A stretch of DNA of 64,000 nucleotides from Takakia lepidozioides (taxonomy: Eukaryota; Plantae; Bryophyta), in contig CM060734.1 of the NCBI GenBank assembly GCA_030704615.1, forward strand, positions 45,756,001 to 45,820,000, given 5' to 3'. This document shows, in pieces, positions 48,798 to 61,073 of this stretch. Below the pieces are notes generated by a model. The model was not told where the DNA came from and made no database searches. It saw nothing but the letters and a program-made list of their open reading frames with translations. Within the stretch, counting starts at the first letter, position 1. Each line of letters begins with the position of its first letter. Made by a program: the position numbers and the translations under genes.

Positions 48798-50604
48798 ATG
48801 CTGAGGTACATTGTAGTCCTGCGTTGTCTTTTACATTCCTGTCATCTCTCACCGTCACCCGTTCCTGCATTTTCCCAACGGACCCATATCCCAGATTGCA
48901 CACATTGGCCCTCACATGCATCAGGTTTTGCAACGGCGGCGGAGGATGAGGGTTCATCTGCAGGAGCTTCGTCTTGGATGCAGAGGCTGAAAAGTGTGTT
49001 CAAGAGCAAGACACCTTCATCAGATTCTTCCCAATGGGATACTTCTAAAGAAAAGTCTGTGTCTCAGCATGACCTTACAATGGAAAGTGAGTGCCATTCT
49101 ACTGTGTCGCTAGGTGCTCTGCTACACATTCAACAATCTAATATCATAAAAGGCCCTCACTTGCACAATGTGACTGCTGGGAGTTGATCAGTATGAACTG
49201 TTGGATCACTTTGTTTATTTATTGCAAAGGACACTTCACGAATTTCTTAGCTGAATGAAATGATGGTGCAGACAAGTATGCTTCTGGTACCAATTTGGCT
49301 TATAGGAGACAATGGCGGATATGCTTCTTCCAGCAACATGCGACTGCAGGAAAGAACCCAGTGGGTGTAAATTGGAGACTGAAGAGACAATACCCTAAAG
49401 CCTAGACTGGGCCTGCATTATGATGATTCGCAATATAGGACACCAGTATAACAGAGGGGGGGATGTGGAAACTGGCCGATGGTTTCCGCCGGGAATGTAA
49501 GTCTTTCTTTGGAAGAGTAACAGTGATCAAACAAGTAAGAAATTTTATGTCTTCTTTCAATGAGTGCTTGAAGACCCCAGATTGAGAGCCCAATCCTGTA
49601 GTTTGCAGCCACGGTGGTCAGAGGTTGGAAATTAGCCCAATAACCGGTTTAGTACAAGTATGTACTCGATTTGTGATCTTTTTTTGAAATCTGGCTCTGC
49701 CTCTCAATAGATTTTCTTTGTGTTGTACAGATTTTGCAGATGAGTTGAAGAAGGCACACCAGTTTGGAAGTCTAACGACATTTGGACACGGCCTGCCCAA
49801 AGGGGGTGAAGTATCAGCTGTAAAATCCCTTGAGAGACAGGAGGGGATTCTTCGATCCCTAGCCCCACATGACCCTCTGGTATGCTTTTTCATTACATCT
49901 GAATTTGGTTGCTACAGGAAAGTCTGTTTCAATGTTTAATGAGAGCACCAACCTTCAGAAGTGGTAAACAGTGAAAGAGGGCTGCATACTGGATGGCGGG
50001 GCTTGCAGGTGAGCACACGATGTCTTCAGAAAGTAAGCAAGGGGCATGGGGCTGGGCATGGTATGGGTCCAGCGAGTTGGAGAGCTACACAAGGCTAAGG
50101 TGACAACGGAGTGGGGGTGCACTGTGCATGATGTTGATGCCTTACTGGCAAAGTACGAGTGGGCAAATGAGGCAAACAGGCGTGTGATGAAGCTTAAGGA
50201 GGAAGGCAAGTCGCTTCCCAAGTCTCTTGACGAGGTTAGTCTCCCGTGTTTGCTGCCTAAGAGCTCTTGTATGTTTTTGTTATGCTCTGGCAGCTGCATT
50301 CTCTTCTCAAAATCTCTCCTCCCGCTGTCTCACCAATGGCTTTCCATTGTTTGCCTGTTTCCTACCATCTTTTAATACCTTGAATGATGAAGTATATTTG
50401 TCCCTATACCTTGAATATAAGGTGGCCATAGCTGGGAGATGAAGCGTCTGGCCTGAGGTTGACACCATGAATTTGTTGGTTCGTGAAGGTGCAAGAGTTG
50501 ATGGGGGGTCGCTGGAATGCGGCAGCATCTGTGAATCTTGCAAAAAGTGGACAACTGAGTCGAAATGCTGCTTGTCCATGCGGCTCTGGAAAGAAGTACA
50601 AGAG
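48798..50604 (+). CDS. SEC-C motif-containing plant protein, 3'-truncated (exons 48798-49086, 49731-49879, 50073-50234, 50489-50604); possibly a captured fragment
   Basis: ...FADELKKAHQFG...LAKYEWANEA...KLKEEGKSLPKSLDE|VQELMG...SRNAACPCGSGKKYKR. The terminal exon was not found; an LTR begins 33 nt into the next intron. Confidence 0.75.
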
Positions 50605-50636
50605 GTGGGTTCTCGCTCTTTTCACAGCTCCTCTCA

Positions 50637-52029
50637 TGTCGCGGCCCTTTGCCTTGAGGGCAAGGGGTCGGGACACAGAAGGGGCTGCCCTTGTGGTGGG
50701 GGCAGTAGAAGCGATAGGTACAGGGGCTGAAGCACCCTTGAGTGCCCAAGGCACTCAAGGAGGCAGAGGCGCTCACTAGGCGGAGCCCCGCACACCGGGT
50801 TGCGGTGGGGGTGGCTCCACAAGGGGTGGTGGTAGCTTAGCGGGACTTAGTGGGGGTGGCATAGGACTCACCATGGGGTGGAGACCTCGTGGTGGGAGTC
50901 GTGGGGAGTCTTGGGACTCATCACGGCCCAATGGGGCCGTGGTGAGTGGGCCAAGACTCACCGCGACTCACCACCGGGAGTCGAGGGTTTTCGTGGTGGT
51001 TCACTATAAAATGGCATGGCTGGTTGTGAAACCCCCGCGGACAGCTAAAGAAGTATATATAAGGGGAGTAGTGACCCCGAGAACGGTGCAAGCCCGTTGG
51101 TGACCAAAAACTAGTGAGTAAGCGAGCGAGCCGGAAAGCGACCAAAGAGTGGGGAGCTGTTCCGGACTGCCATCTACCAAAGGGAATTCCACTAGGCCCA
51201 AATAGGTGGAGGGTTTAGTGGGAGAGCGAAGGGGGACCGTTATGTCCCGGTGAGCAGCCGAAGCTCCAAGTTGGCCCGGCGGCCAGGTTGGGAGTCAGGC
51301 GTGCGCATCTAAGCGAGTAACTATGACTTGAAGGGGAGCTTACCGAAGTGAGGTGCGTGACACTTGGTATCAGAGCTTAGAGTTCAGTACGCGATCGTCC
51401 TTGGGATTGGCCTCATCATGGGGTCGGGCAAGCCAAAGCGAAAGCGGAACGGCCCAAAAGATGATGATCCTGGTGAGCCCGATGGGGGCGACGTGTCACC
51501 GAAGCGGCCATTTGAGGAAGCGACGCAGGTTTCTGAAAACGAGGCCGCTCAAGAGCGGGAGGAATCCGAGGAGTCGGAGCCCGAGGAATCCCTGAGAGCT
51601 CCGATAGACCAACAGATGCCTCCCATGCCGGCAGCTTTTTGGGAAGGGTTGTTGGCGCAGTTTGGCGGGACGTTGAAAGACATGTTGAAGGCAGCTAATG
51701 CCACTTCCGCTAAGGCAAAGTTTAAGGTGAAGCCTAAGGAACCCGACACCTTCGAGGGCGTCCGAAATCGGAAGGCACTCAACACCTGGCTCTTGGAGCT
51801 AGAGCAGTACTTCCGGGCGGCCAAGTTGAGTGACGAGGATCGGGTGGAAGTGGCTCCTACCTATTTGAGGGGCTATGCTCAACAATGGTGGCAAAAACGC
51901 CTTCATGACCGAGGTCCAAGCCCGGAAACCTTGAACTGGAGTGGGTTCAAGGAATTGATGAAGAGACAGTTTGTGCCCCTCAACGCGTCCTGGCTTGCCC
52001 GGGACAAGATGAGGAATTTGAAGCAAACA
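50637..52029 (+). mobile_element. Truncated Gypsy-type LTR retrotransposon: 5' LTR (50637-51362), tRNA-iMet PBS, partial gag
   Basis: TGTCGCG...CGTGACA ends; TATATAAG near 51055; PBS TGGTATCAGAGC at 51365; gag motif PDTFEG...W...YF...LRGYAQQWW...WSGFK...F...LKQT. Confidence 0.88.
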
Positions 52030-54005
52030 TGTCATCCTGAACACTGCCCTGGTGGACATGTATACCAAATGTGGGTGCATTAAGGATACAAAGGGAGTTA
52101 ATTTGAACACCATGGCTGAACGAGATGTGGTGTCGTGGAACGCGATGCTTGCAGGGGTATGCACAGCAGGGGCATGGGATGGAGGCTTTGGAGACCTATG
52201 AGCAAATGATGGGGGAAGGGGTGAAGCCACATCACGTTTGTGTGCGTTTGCAGTTCGTGTGCAAGCCTGGCAGCCCTGGAAAAGGGCAAAGAGGTACATG
52301 GTTGCATTGCCAAAGCTGGAATTGTACCAGATGTGATTCTGAACAATACCCTCGTGGACATGTATGCCAAATGTGGGTGCATTAAAGATGCGGATGAAGT
52401 GTTCAACAGTATGGCTGAACGAGATTTGGTGTCATGGAATGCCATGCTTGCAGGATATGCACAGCAGGGGCGTGGGATGGAGGCCTTGGAGACCTATGAG
52501 CAAATGATGGGTAAGGGTGAAGTGTGACCACATCACGTTTATGTGCGTTTGCAATGCTTGTGCAAGCCTGACAGCCCTGGAAAAGGGCAAAGGGTGCATG
52601 GTGACATCATCAAAGCTGGAATTGTACCAAGGTTGCGATGTGTGTGCAAACCTGGGAGCCCTGGAAAATGGGAAAGAGGTCTGTGGTGACATCGTCAATG
52701 CTGGAATTGCACCAGATTCATCCTCAACACTGCCCTGATGGACATATGCCAAATGTGGGTGGATCGAGGATGCGAAGGGAGTTTTCAACACTGTGGTTCA
52801 AAGAAATGTGGTGTCGTGGAACGCTATGCTTGCAGGGTATGCACAGTAGGGGCACGGGATGGAGGCTTTGGAGACCTATAAACAAATGATGGGGGAAGTG
52901 GTGAAGCCCTCATGGAGTGCAATGATTGCAGGATATTAAAGTGGAGAACAGCCTTCTTGACGCCAAATGTGGGAGCGGAAAAGATGCACATCAGGTTTTC
53001 GACAAAATGCCTGAACGAGATGTGGTCTCATGGAATGCCATGATTACAGGATATGCTGAGCATGGCTATGCTGAAGAGGCTTTCAAGATACAAGCAAATG
53101 GAACTGGACGCGATGACACCGAACAGGGTCACGTTCGTTTTTGTTGTCAATGCATGTGCCAGTCTAGGGGCCCTGGAAAAAGGCACGCGGGTCCATGCTG
53201 ATATTAACAAAGCTGGGGTTGTGTCATATATTAACTTGGACAATGTCCTTGTTAACATATATGCCAAATGTGGGAGTGTTCATGATGCACGTCAAGTGTT
53301 TGAAAACATGGTTCAGCAAGCATGGAATGCCATAATTGCAGGATATGCTCAGCATGGATGTAGTACAGAGGCCTTCCAACTATTTGAATAGATGCAGCAG
53401 GAAGGCTTGAAGGCAGATGGTGTCACCTTTGTTTCTCTTCTCTCTGCTTGTAGGCATGTAGGCCTGGTGGATGAAGGCCACCACTTGTTTGGTTCCATGA
53501 GTAGAGATCACGGCCTCACTCCTACAGTGGAGCATTTTTGGTGCATTGTGGACCTTCTTGGCCGTGTAGGCCGATGAGATGAGGCAAAAGAGTTCATCAA
53601 CAAAATGCCAATTGAACCAGATGCTCTGGTTTGGGGGACCTTGCTTGCTGCTGCCAGAATTCATGGGGATGTGGAGGTAGCAGAACATGCAGCAAAATCT
53701 CTTCTCATGTGCGATCCCAACCACCATGCAGCTTATGTGTTGCTATCCAACATCTACGCCGCATCTGGCAGGTGACAATATGACACAACATGATGTGGTT
53801 TCATGGAGGAACATGATTGCAGCATATGCTTCGCATGAGTATGGCAGGGAGGCTGTTGAGATGTATGAACAAATGCAAAATAAAGGGTCGCCACACCTCC
53901 ACCAAATTCATCTCAAAGATTGTTGGCCAAGCAATTGTTGTACGGGACGCTAACCGCTTTCACCACTTTGAAGATGGGATTTGTTCTTATGGTGATTACT
54001 GGTGA
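52030..54005 (+). pseudogene. PLS-PPR-DYW pseudogene mosaic
   Basis: Frameshifted P/L/S repeats, P2-L2-S2-E pieces and a truncated DYW ending SYGDYW*. Confidence 0.9.
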
Positions 54006-54039
54006 AAGGATGTCTTCTTGGAAAGATACGAGTGTCTTG

Positions 54040-57000
54040 CAAAAAGGTGAATGCCTGTCAGATTACCTGTCATTCTGAACACTATGGCTGAACGAGATGT
54101 GGTGTCGTGGATTGTGATGTTTGCAGGGTATGCACAGCAGGGGTGCGGGATGGAGGCTTTGGAGACCTATGAGCAAATGATGGGGGAAGGGTTGACCTAT
54201 GAGCAAATGATATGGGAAGGGTGGGTACCGGACAAAGTCACATTCACTTCCGTTCTCGATGCATGTGCCAGCCTAGCAGACCTGGAAAAGGGCAAAAAGA
54301 TCCATGCTGATATTATCAAAGCCAGAATTGAGCCACCCGACATCCTTGAGCGCGGAGGGGTTTCACGCAATATGGTGACGGCACCCTCTTCTTCGACCTA
54401 TTTCAGCCTGTTTTTGCCTCTCATCAGACTCGGCCCTGAGATGCCTGTTATCAGAATCAGCCCTAAATTTTCATGTTGAATTCTGCAAGTTAGCTGGTTG
54501 ACTAAACCTTTGATAGTTTGGAGTGACTGACATGATACTGCCAATGTGACAACAGGAAAGTATCCAGAAACAGGTAACAGAGACGAGAAGTTGTGGAATG
54601 AATAATTTTCTGACCCCTGTTAATGGTGGGACAATCGAGGCAAAAAGGTAAATGCCTGTTGGATTACAGAGAGTAGCAGATGCAATTGAGCATAGGAACT
54701 AGTGTGATAAGTTGAGTTGGTGTTTCCTTGAACAAATCTAGGCTGTCATTGTGCTAGCAGCAAAGCAAGGATGTATGCATGATTTGTACATAGGCATGGA
54801 TAGCTGAAGGAGCAGGGATAGAGTGTGGGTCCAGACTCATCCAACAGGGCCGGACTTCAAGCTCCAGATGACCTATGATTCCCTGTGGATCAATAGCTAC
54901 AAGAAACCTGCATGGGGAAATGGTCAACTAACTAGCGCAACATAAAGAGTGCAGTCTTAACATTCAGTGACAAGCTGCCATCACACTCCATCGATTCATC
55001 AGCTCCTGACAACGGGTGTTGCACATATATTACTATGCTCAAATTCATGGGCATATACCGTTACCACAACTTCTGAAAGAGGATCAAGAGAGGGAGTCCA
55101 CAATGCCTCTTCTGGCACTTTTGGGCATGTGAAGATGCTTTGTGAGGCAAGCAGACTGAAAGAGGCTCTACAAACTTTAAACCAAGGAGGAATTTCAGCA
55201 GATTCAGATACTATGTCTGTCTCTTGCATAAGTGCATCAAGATGAAAGGCCTTGAAGCTGGAAAGCAGGTGCACACGAGGGGTGAAGCCCATCCACATCA
55301 CGTTTGTTTGTGTTTGCGGACTGAGAATTAGATCCTTGAAAACCGCTTCTTCCGCCAGGACTTAACCTGTTAGACAGGGCGATCCTGCTTCCAAGATAGA
55401 GTCGATTAACTTAGGGTATGTGTTTTTAGTCCTACATTGCAGCTGACCCAACCATCTGACCTTGAATTCCTCTCGTCTAAAGGGAGAGATAGAGAGAGTA
55501 TTCCTAAGACGTTGTTTGCCGTAGCCTTGTGGCCATTGACTCCGCGCCCAGTTTAAACAATTGATCCGGGTTTTCCAGATATCCTCTAGAAATCCCTTTA
55601 CACAAGCATTAACCTGCTGTGTGTGGTTTGCCCAATAACTAGGCCCCAAAAGGGCCTGGGCGTTTGGCTCAGCCTCGAGACTTTCAAAGTTGATAAACAG
55701 AGGTACAGATGTATGAGCAAATGATGCGCGAAGGGTGAAGCCCAACCACATCACGTTCGGTTGCATTTGCAATGCGTATGCAAGCCTGGGAGCCCTAGAA
55801 AAGGGGAAAGAGGTCCATGATGACCTCGTCAAAACTGGAATTGTACCAGATGTCATTCTGAACACTGCCCACATGTATGCCAAATGTGGGTGCATTAAGG
55901 ATGCAAAGGCAGTTTTCAACAATATGCAGGCTGAACGAGATGTGGTGTCGTGGAGCGCGATACTTGTAGGGTATGCACAGCAGGGACGTGGGGTGGAGGC
56001 TTTGGAGACCTATGAACAAATGATGGGGGAAGGGGTGAAGCCCAACCACATCACGTTTGTGTGCGTTTGCAATGCGTGTGCAAGCCGGGGAGCTCTGGAA
56101 AAGGGCAAAGAGGCCCACGGCGACATCGTCAGAGCTGGAATTGTACCTAATGTCATTCTGAACAATGCCCTCGTGGACATGTATGCCAAATGTGGGAGCA
56201 TCGAGGATGCAAAGGCAGTGTTCAACAATATGGCTGAATGAAATGTGGTGTCATGGAACGCGATGCTTGCAAAGCATACACAGCAGGGGCGCGGGATGGA
56301 GGCTTTGGAGACGTGTGAGCAGATGTTGGTGGAAGGGGTGAAGCCCATCTGTGCGTTTGCAAGCCTGGCAGCCCTGGAAAAGGGCAAAGAGTGCATGGTT
56401 GTATCGCAAAAGCTGGAATTGTACCAGATGTGATTCTGAACGATATCCTCGTGGGCATGTATGCAAAATGTGGGTGCATCGAGGATGCGGAGGGAGTGTT
56501 TGACAGTATGGCTGAACGAGATTTGGTGTCGTGGAGTGCGATGATTGCAGGGTATGCACAGCAAGGACTCGGGATGGAGGCTTTGGAGACCTATGAGCAA
56601 ATGATGGGGGAAGGGGTGAAGCCCGACCGCATCACGTTTGTTTCCGTTTGAAATGCCTGTGTAAGCCTGGCAGCCCTGGAAAAGGGAAAAGAGGTCCATG
56701 GTGACATCGTCAAAGCTGGAATTGTACACTGCCCTAATGGACATGTATGCCAAATGTAGGTGCATTGAGGATGCGAAGGGAGTGTTCGACAATATGGCTG
56801 AACGAAATGTGGTGTCGTGGAACGCAATGTTCGCAGGATATGCTCAACATGGTGTCATAGGGAGGTCCTGCAACTATTTGAGGGAATGTAAAAGAATGGC
56901 TTGAAGCCGGACAATATCACCTTTATATGTGTTCTCTCTGCATGCAGCCACTTTGGCCTACTGAATGAAGGAAATCAAGATCATGGTGTCACTCCGACAG

Positions 57001-57285
57001 TAAAGCACTTTGGCTGTATGGTGGACCTTCTTGGACGTGCGGGACAACTGGATGAGGTAGTGGATCTGATTAATAAGATGCCAATCAATCCAGACGTTGT
57101 GGTGTGGAAGGCCTTGCTTCGTGCCTGCAGAATCCATGGCAATGTGGAGATGGCTGAACGTGCGGCAACATCTATCCTCAAGTGGGATGAACACTAGGAT
57201 GCCGCGACTTATGTGTTGCTATCAAACATCTATGCTGCAGCTGGTAGGTGGGATAATACTGCAAAGGTGAGAAGAATGATGAAGG
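54040..57285 (+). pseudogene. PDF-motif / PLS-PPR-E pseudogene mosaic with a LINE-fragment insert (55318-55711, minus strand)
   Basis: PDF halves at 54574-54647 (two stops) and 54835-54930, separated by a GT-AG intron, followed by PPR repeats through E2. Confidence 0.88.
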
Positions 57286-57289
57286 GCTA

Positions 57290-58586
57290 TGATTGCAAGA
57301 TCTGCTCAGCATGGTCATGGTCTTTTTAACTCTTTCAGCGCATGCAAAGAGAAGGCATGAAGGCAGATATTGTCTCTTTTATTATTGTCCTCAACGCTTG
57401 TGCTGGCCCGAAGGCTTTAGAACGGGGCAAGCAGCTCCTTGCCAGCATCATCAAAGCTGAATTTGAGTCAGATGTTGGACTCGGGAATGCCCTTGTCAGT
57501 ATGTATTGCAAGTGCAGGAGTGTGATGGATGCACTCAATGTGTTTGACAGAATGCCTAAGCGAGATGTGGTCTCATGGACTGCGATGATTGGAGGATGTG
57601 CACATAGTGGTCATGGTGAGGAGGCTTTCAAACTCTTTCAACAAATGCAAAGAGAGGGTATGAAGCATCCCTGGAATAGGGCAAGTGGGTCCATGCCTAC
57701 ATTATCAAATCTGTGTGTGAGTCAGATGCTACGTCAGGAATGCCCTCATTGATTTGTATATCAAATGTGGGAGTGTAGAGGATGCACGGGAGGTGTTTGA
57801 CAAAATTCTTAAACCAGATGTGGTCTCATGGACTACGATGATTATAGGATACGCTCAGCATGGGCGTGGTCACGAGGCTCTCCAACTGTTTGAACTAGTG
57901 TGAAGCCAAATGAGGTCACATTTATTGGTGTTCTCTCTGCATGCAGCCATTTGGGCCTTGTAGATGAAGGTGGTCATTATTTTCAATCCATGTGTCAAGA
58001 GCATGGCATTACACCAACAGAAAAGCACTGCACCTGCATGGTTGACCTCCTTGGCCGTGCAGGGCGCTTGGATGAAGAAGATTTCATTGCCAACATGGCA
58101 CTCAAACCAGGTGCTTCAGTGTGGGGGGCCTTGCTTGGTGCCTGCAGAATCTATGGAAATGTGGAGTTAGCAGAGTGTGCTGCAGAATGTATTTTCAAGG
58201 TGGAATCACAAGATGGATACATTTGCCGTTGGAGATAGATCTCACCCACAAGCAGAGGAGATCTATGATGCGTTAGAGAGATTGACTTGGCAGATTAAGG
58301 AGGCGGGATATGTGCCTGAGACACGCTTTGTGTTGCGTGATGTGGATCAGCAGATGAAGGAACAGGCTCTTTACCACCACAGCGAAAAGCTGGCCATAGC
58401 TTTTGGGCTCATTAGCACACCCCCTAGGACCCCTATCCGCAGCATTAAAAACCTATGTGTATGTGGGGACTGCCACACTGACACCAAGTTGATATCCAAA
58501 ATTGTTGCACGAGAAATTATTGTAAGGGATGCCATCTGCTTTCATCACTTCAACAATGGGTGTATTCTTGTGGGGACTACTGGTAA
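57290..58586 (+). pseudogene. PPR-DYW pseudogene from a different PPR subfamily
   Basis: Distinct repeats (VVSWTAMIGG, ESDVGLGNALV), HSEKLA and CGDCH, with a frameshifted ...GDYW* at 58586. Confidence 0.88.
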
Positions 58587-60943
58587 TAATCTCAGGGTAA
58601 TACAGCAGCCAGAAAACACTCCAGACAGCTGTTTCACCTACCAAACTAAAAAATATCTTTCCCCAGGGTATGTTACGCACCTTCTGGTAAGGCCTTAAAG
58701 TTCTCCCAAGGTTATTTCCCTTCATTTAATACGAGTTACCGCAAATATATAAAGAAAAATCAACCTTGTCGCGTGTGGTATGATCTTCTCCCCAACCCCC
58801 CCATCCCCCCACCCCGAGGGTCCCATGAGCCTTGTGCTCGGTTAGTGATCCTGGGTTCAATCCTTCAACATGTGCCTTCAAACCGACCATTGGCCTCTAG
58901 ATGGGCTGTGTTGAGCGGTAGGCTTCATTGGACATTAAAGAAAATTTACCTTTATCTTTATGAAAGAGGTTATTTTCTCCTCACCATAATGAAGGGCCTG
59001 ATTTGTGAGAAGTAGCTTCCCGTTTTTTCTTTTCTTTTTTTCTTTTTCTTTCTTTTGAAAGTCTTAGGTGTCTACTTATGGTAATGCAGCTTAGTCTTAG
59101 TGGCAATCTTTATGTGCTTCGTCAAACTCTGGGGATGCCGAAGAGGAGAGACCAGCATAATTTCAGCCCTCTTTTCTTTGAAAAATAAAAATAAGATGAT
59201 AGCTTCAGCAACACTCCTCCGTTCTTCTTCCGAAAAACAATGAAATACACAGTGTATGCATGTAACACCCATGACCCACCCCTTTTTGTGAAAATTGAAC
59301 ATAGGTCTTAGAATCGTCGCTAGTAGTGCGGAGCAACGCGAAGCCCTAGTTCTAGCTCTCGACCGAAGGTCGAGAGCTAGTTTAGTGTGGAGCGTGATTA
59401 GGGCGCCATAGTTCCACGTCATCGTCGCCACCTCGTCGTCGTCAGCCACGTCATCGTCGTAAGCCATGTCATCGTCGTCATTTCTGTGTGTCGGTTGTAA
59501 CGAACTCGCATAGACATGTGCTAACCCAGCAGCCTTGGAGCAGGGCAGACAGCTTTACGGGAAGATCATTGAAGCAGCCAACTATCATTCTAGACACTAT
59601 TGTGGTGGACATGTATGCCAAGTGTGAAGAATGCAAAGGCAGTGTTCGACAGTATGGCTTAGCAAAATTAGTCTCTTGGAATCTGATGGTCGCAGGGTTT
59701 GCCCAGTGGGATGGAGGCATTGGAGACTGTACGATGTGTAGAAGTTTGTCCATCCTACAAATGTGGGCTCTTGGCTCCTGTTACTACCATGATTTGGTAT
59801 TCTTCCTAATGTTTACAAGGTTCTTGGGAGAGTCAGCTTGGTCTTAGCAGGCCGTGTTTCAATCTCTGCCTGCTTAGCTGCACCGTGGTGGTTCACACAG
59901 ACCAATCCGACATTACCTGACTACAGACACAAGCAGCACACACAAGAGGTCCTTTTGGGTTGATGGTCTCCATGGGTCACAAGGTCAAGGACAATGTGGT
60001 GAGGGCACCGTCTTCTTCAACCTATTTCAGCCTGTTTTGCCCTCTCATCAGACTCGGCCCTGAGATGCATATTGAATTCTGTAAGTTAGCTCGTTGGGTG
60101 GATCTGTGGTGGTTTGGAGTGACTTTGACAAGTGACTGCCCGATGTGGCAGCAGGAGAGCAGGCACAATATTTTGAAGGCCGATTCTTCAAAAGACGGGA
60201 CTCAGGGACAAATCTTCTTCTGGTGGGTTTTCCATGTTTTGTTGTTTGTTGCAAATCCTGCTTGACTGAGTATCCTGGCATCACTCACATAGAGATAAGG
60301 AAAGAATCTTGATAATCTCCCCAGAATGGAAGTTGGACGCCAGTATAGTGAGTGTCTTGTTCTTCAGACTTAACAGTGGGCGTATTTGTCAGAGTAAGCA
60401 AGCACTAGCGTGTCCGGCATGACTCTTTCATGAAGATGACAGCTTGTTCTTGGAACATGCAGGAACAGTTGGCGAATCTTGATAAGGCCACGTCTCCAAA
60501 CCAGCCCTGCCACGGTGGCTTGTGGTAGTGCCAAACCTACCTCCAAACTTCCTTCACTGAAATTGTGACATATTCCCTTTTCTGGTTTTCCCTTCTTTTG
60601 TGTGTCTCCCTGCGAATTCAGCAATTGTCCTATGCACATGTCGGTAGTCTGTACAAAAGTTTCTTCCTTCACCCATATAGCAATGTAGGCTGGGTCCTTG
60701 TTGTCATCTGTTATTGTATTAACTCTGCAGAGTGAGAAAGAAAAGTCACAAAGTACTAAAAGAGACCAAGCTTCGAAATCAATTTTGAAGCATGAGCCAT
60801 CTCTTGTTCTCAATTCTTGAATGCACCAAAGCCTTGTTGAACCAGTCAGGCCACTGGATGTACAAAAGCACTACCCACATAAGACTTCTCAACTTCCTTT
60901 TCTGAGGTCAGAAGCCTCAGGTAGAAGCCCTCTGGGTCACGGC

Positions 60944-60946
<3 letters not shown>

Positions 60947-60998
<52 letters not shown>

Positions 60999-61022
60999 AC
61001 AGAAAACAACGTCTTATCAGTA

Positions 61023-61053
<31 letters not shown>
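60947..61053. repeat. Two (CT)n microsatellites
   Basis: Direct reading. Confidence 0.95.
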
Positions 61054-61057
<4 letters not shown>

Positions 61058-61073
61058 TGTGGGTGCAAAACAG

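Larger units (their letters stand above)
48489..59349 (+). mobile_element. Putative large composite Helitron carrying SEC-C gene exons, LTR/gag and several PPR/DYW fragments
   Basis: Same 5' (A|TTCTAGC-hairpin) and 3' (hairpin-CTAG) termini as 6480-11404. It abuts the next 5' terminus at 59350. Confidence 0.45.

Noticed and set aside
51364-52083. Functional Gag-PPR fusion protein
   Set aside because: The PPR part is out of frame with gag and is further frameshifted.
60300-60940. 147-aa minus-strand ORF
   Set aside because: No identifiable domain; probably an inserted repeat fragment.
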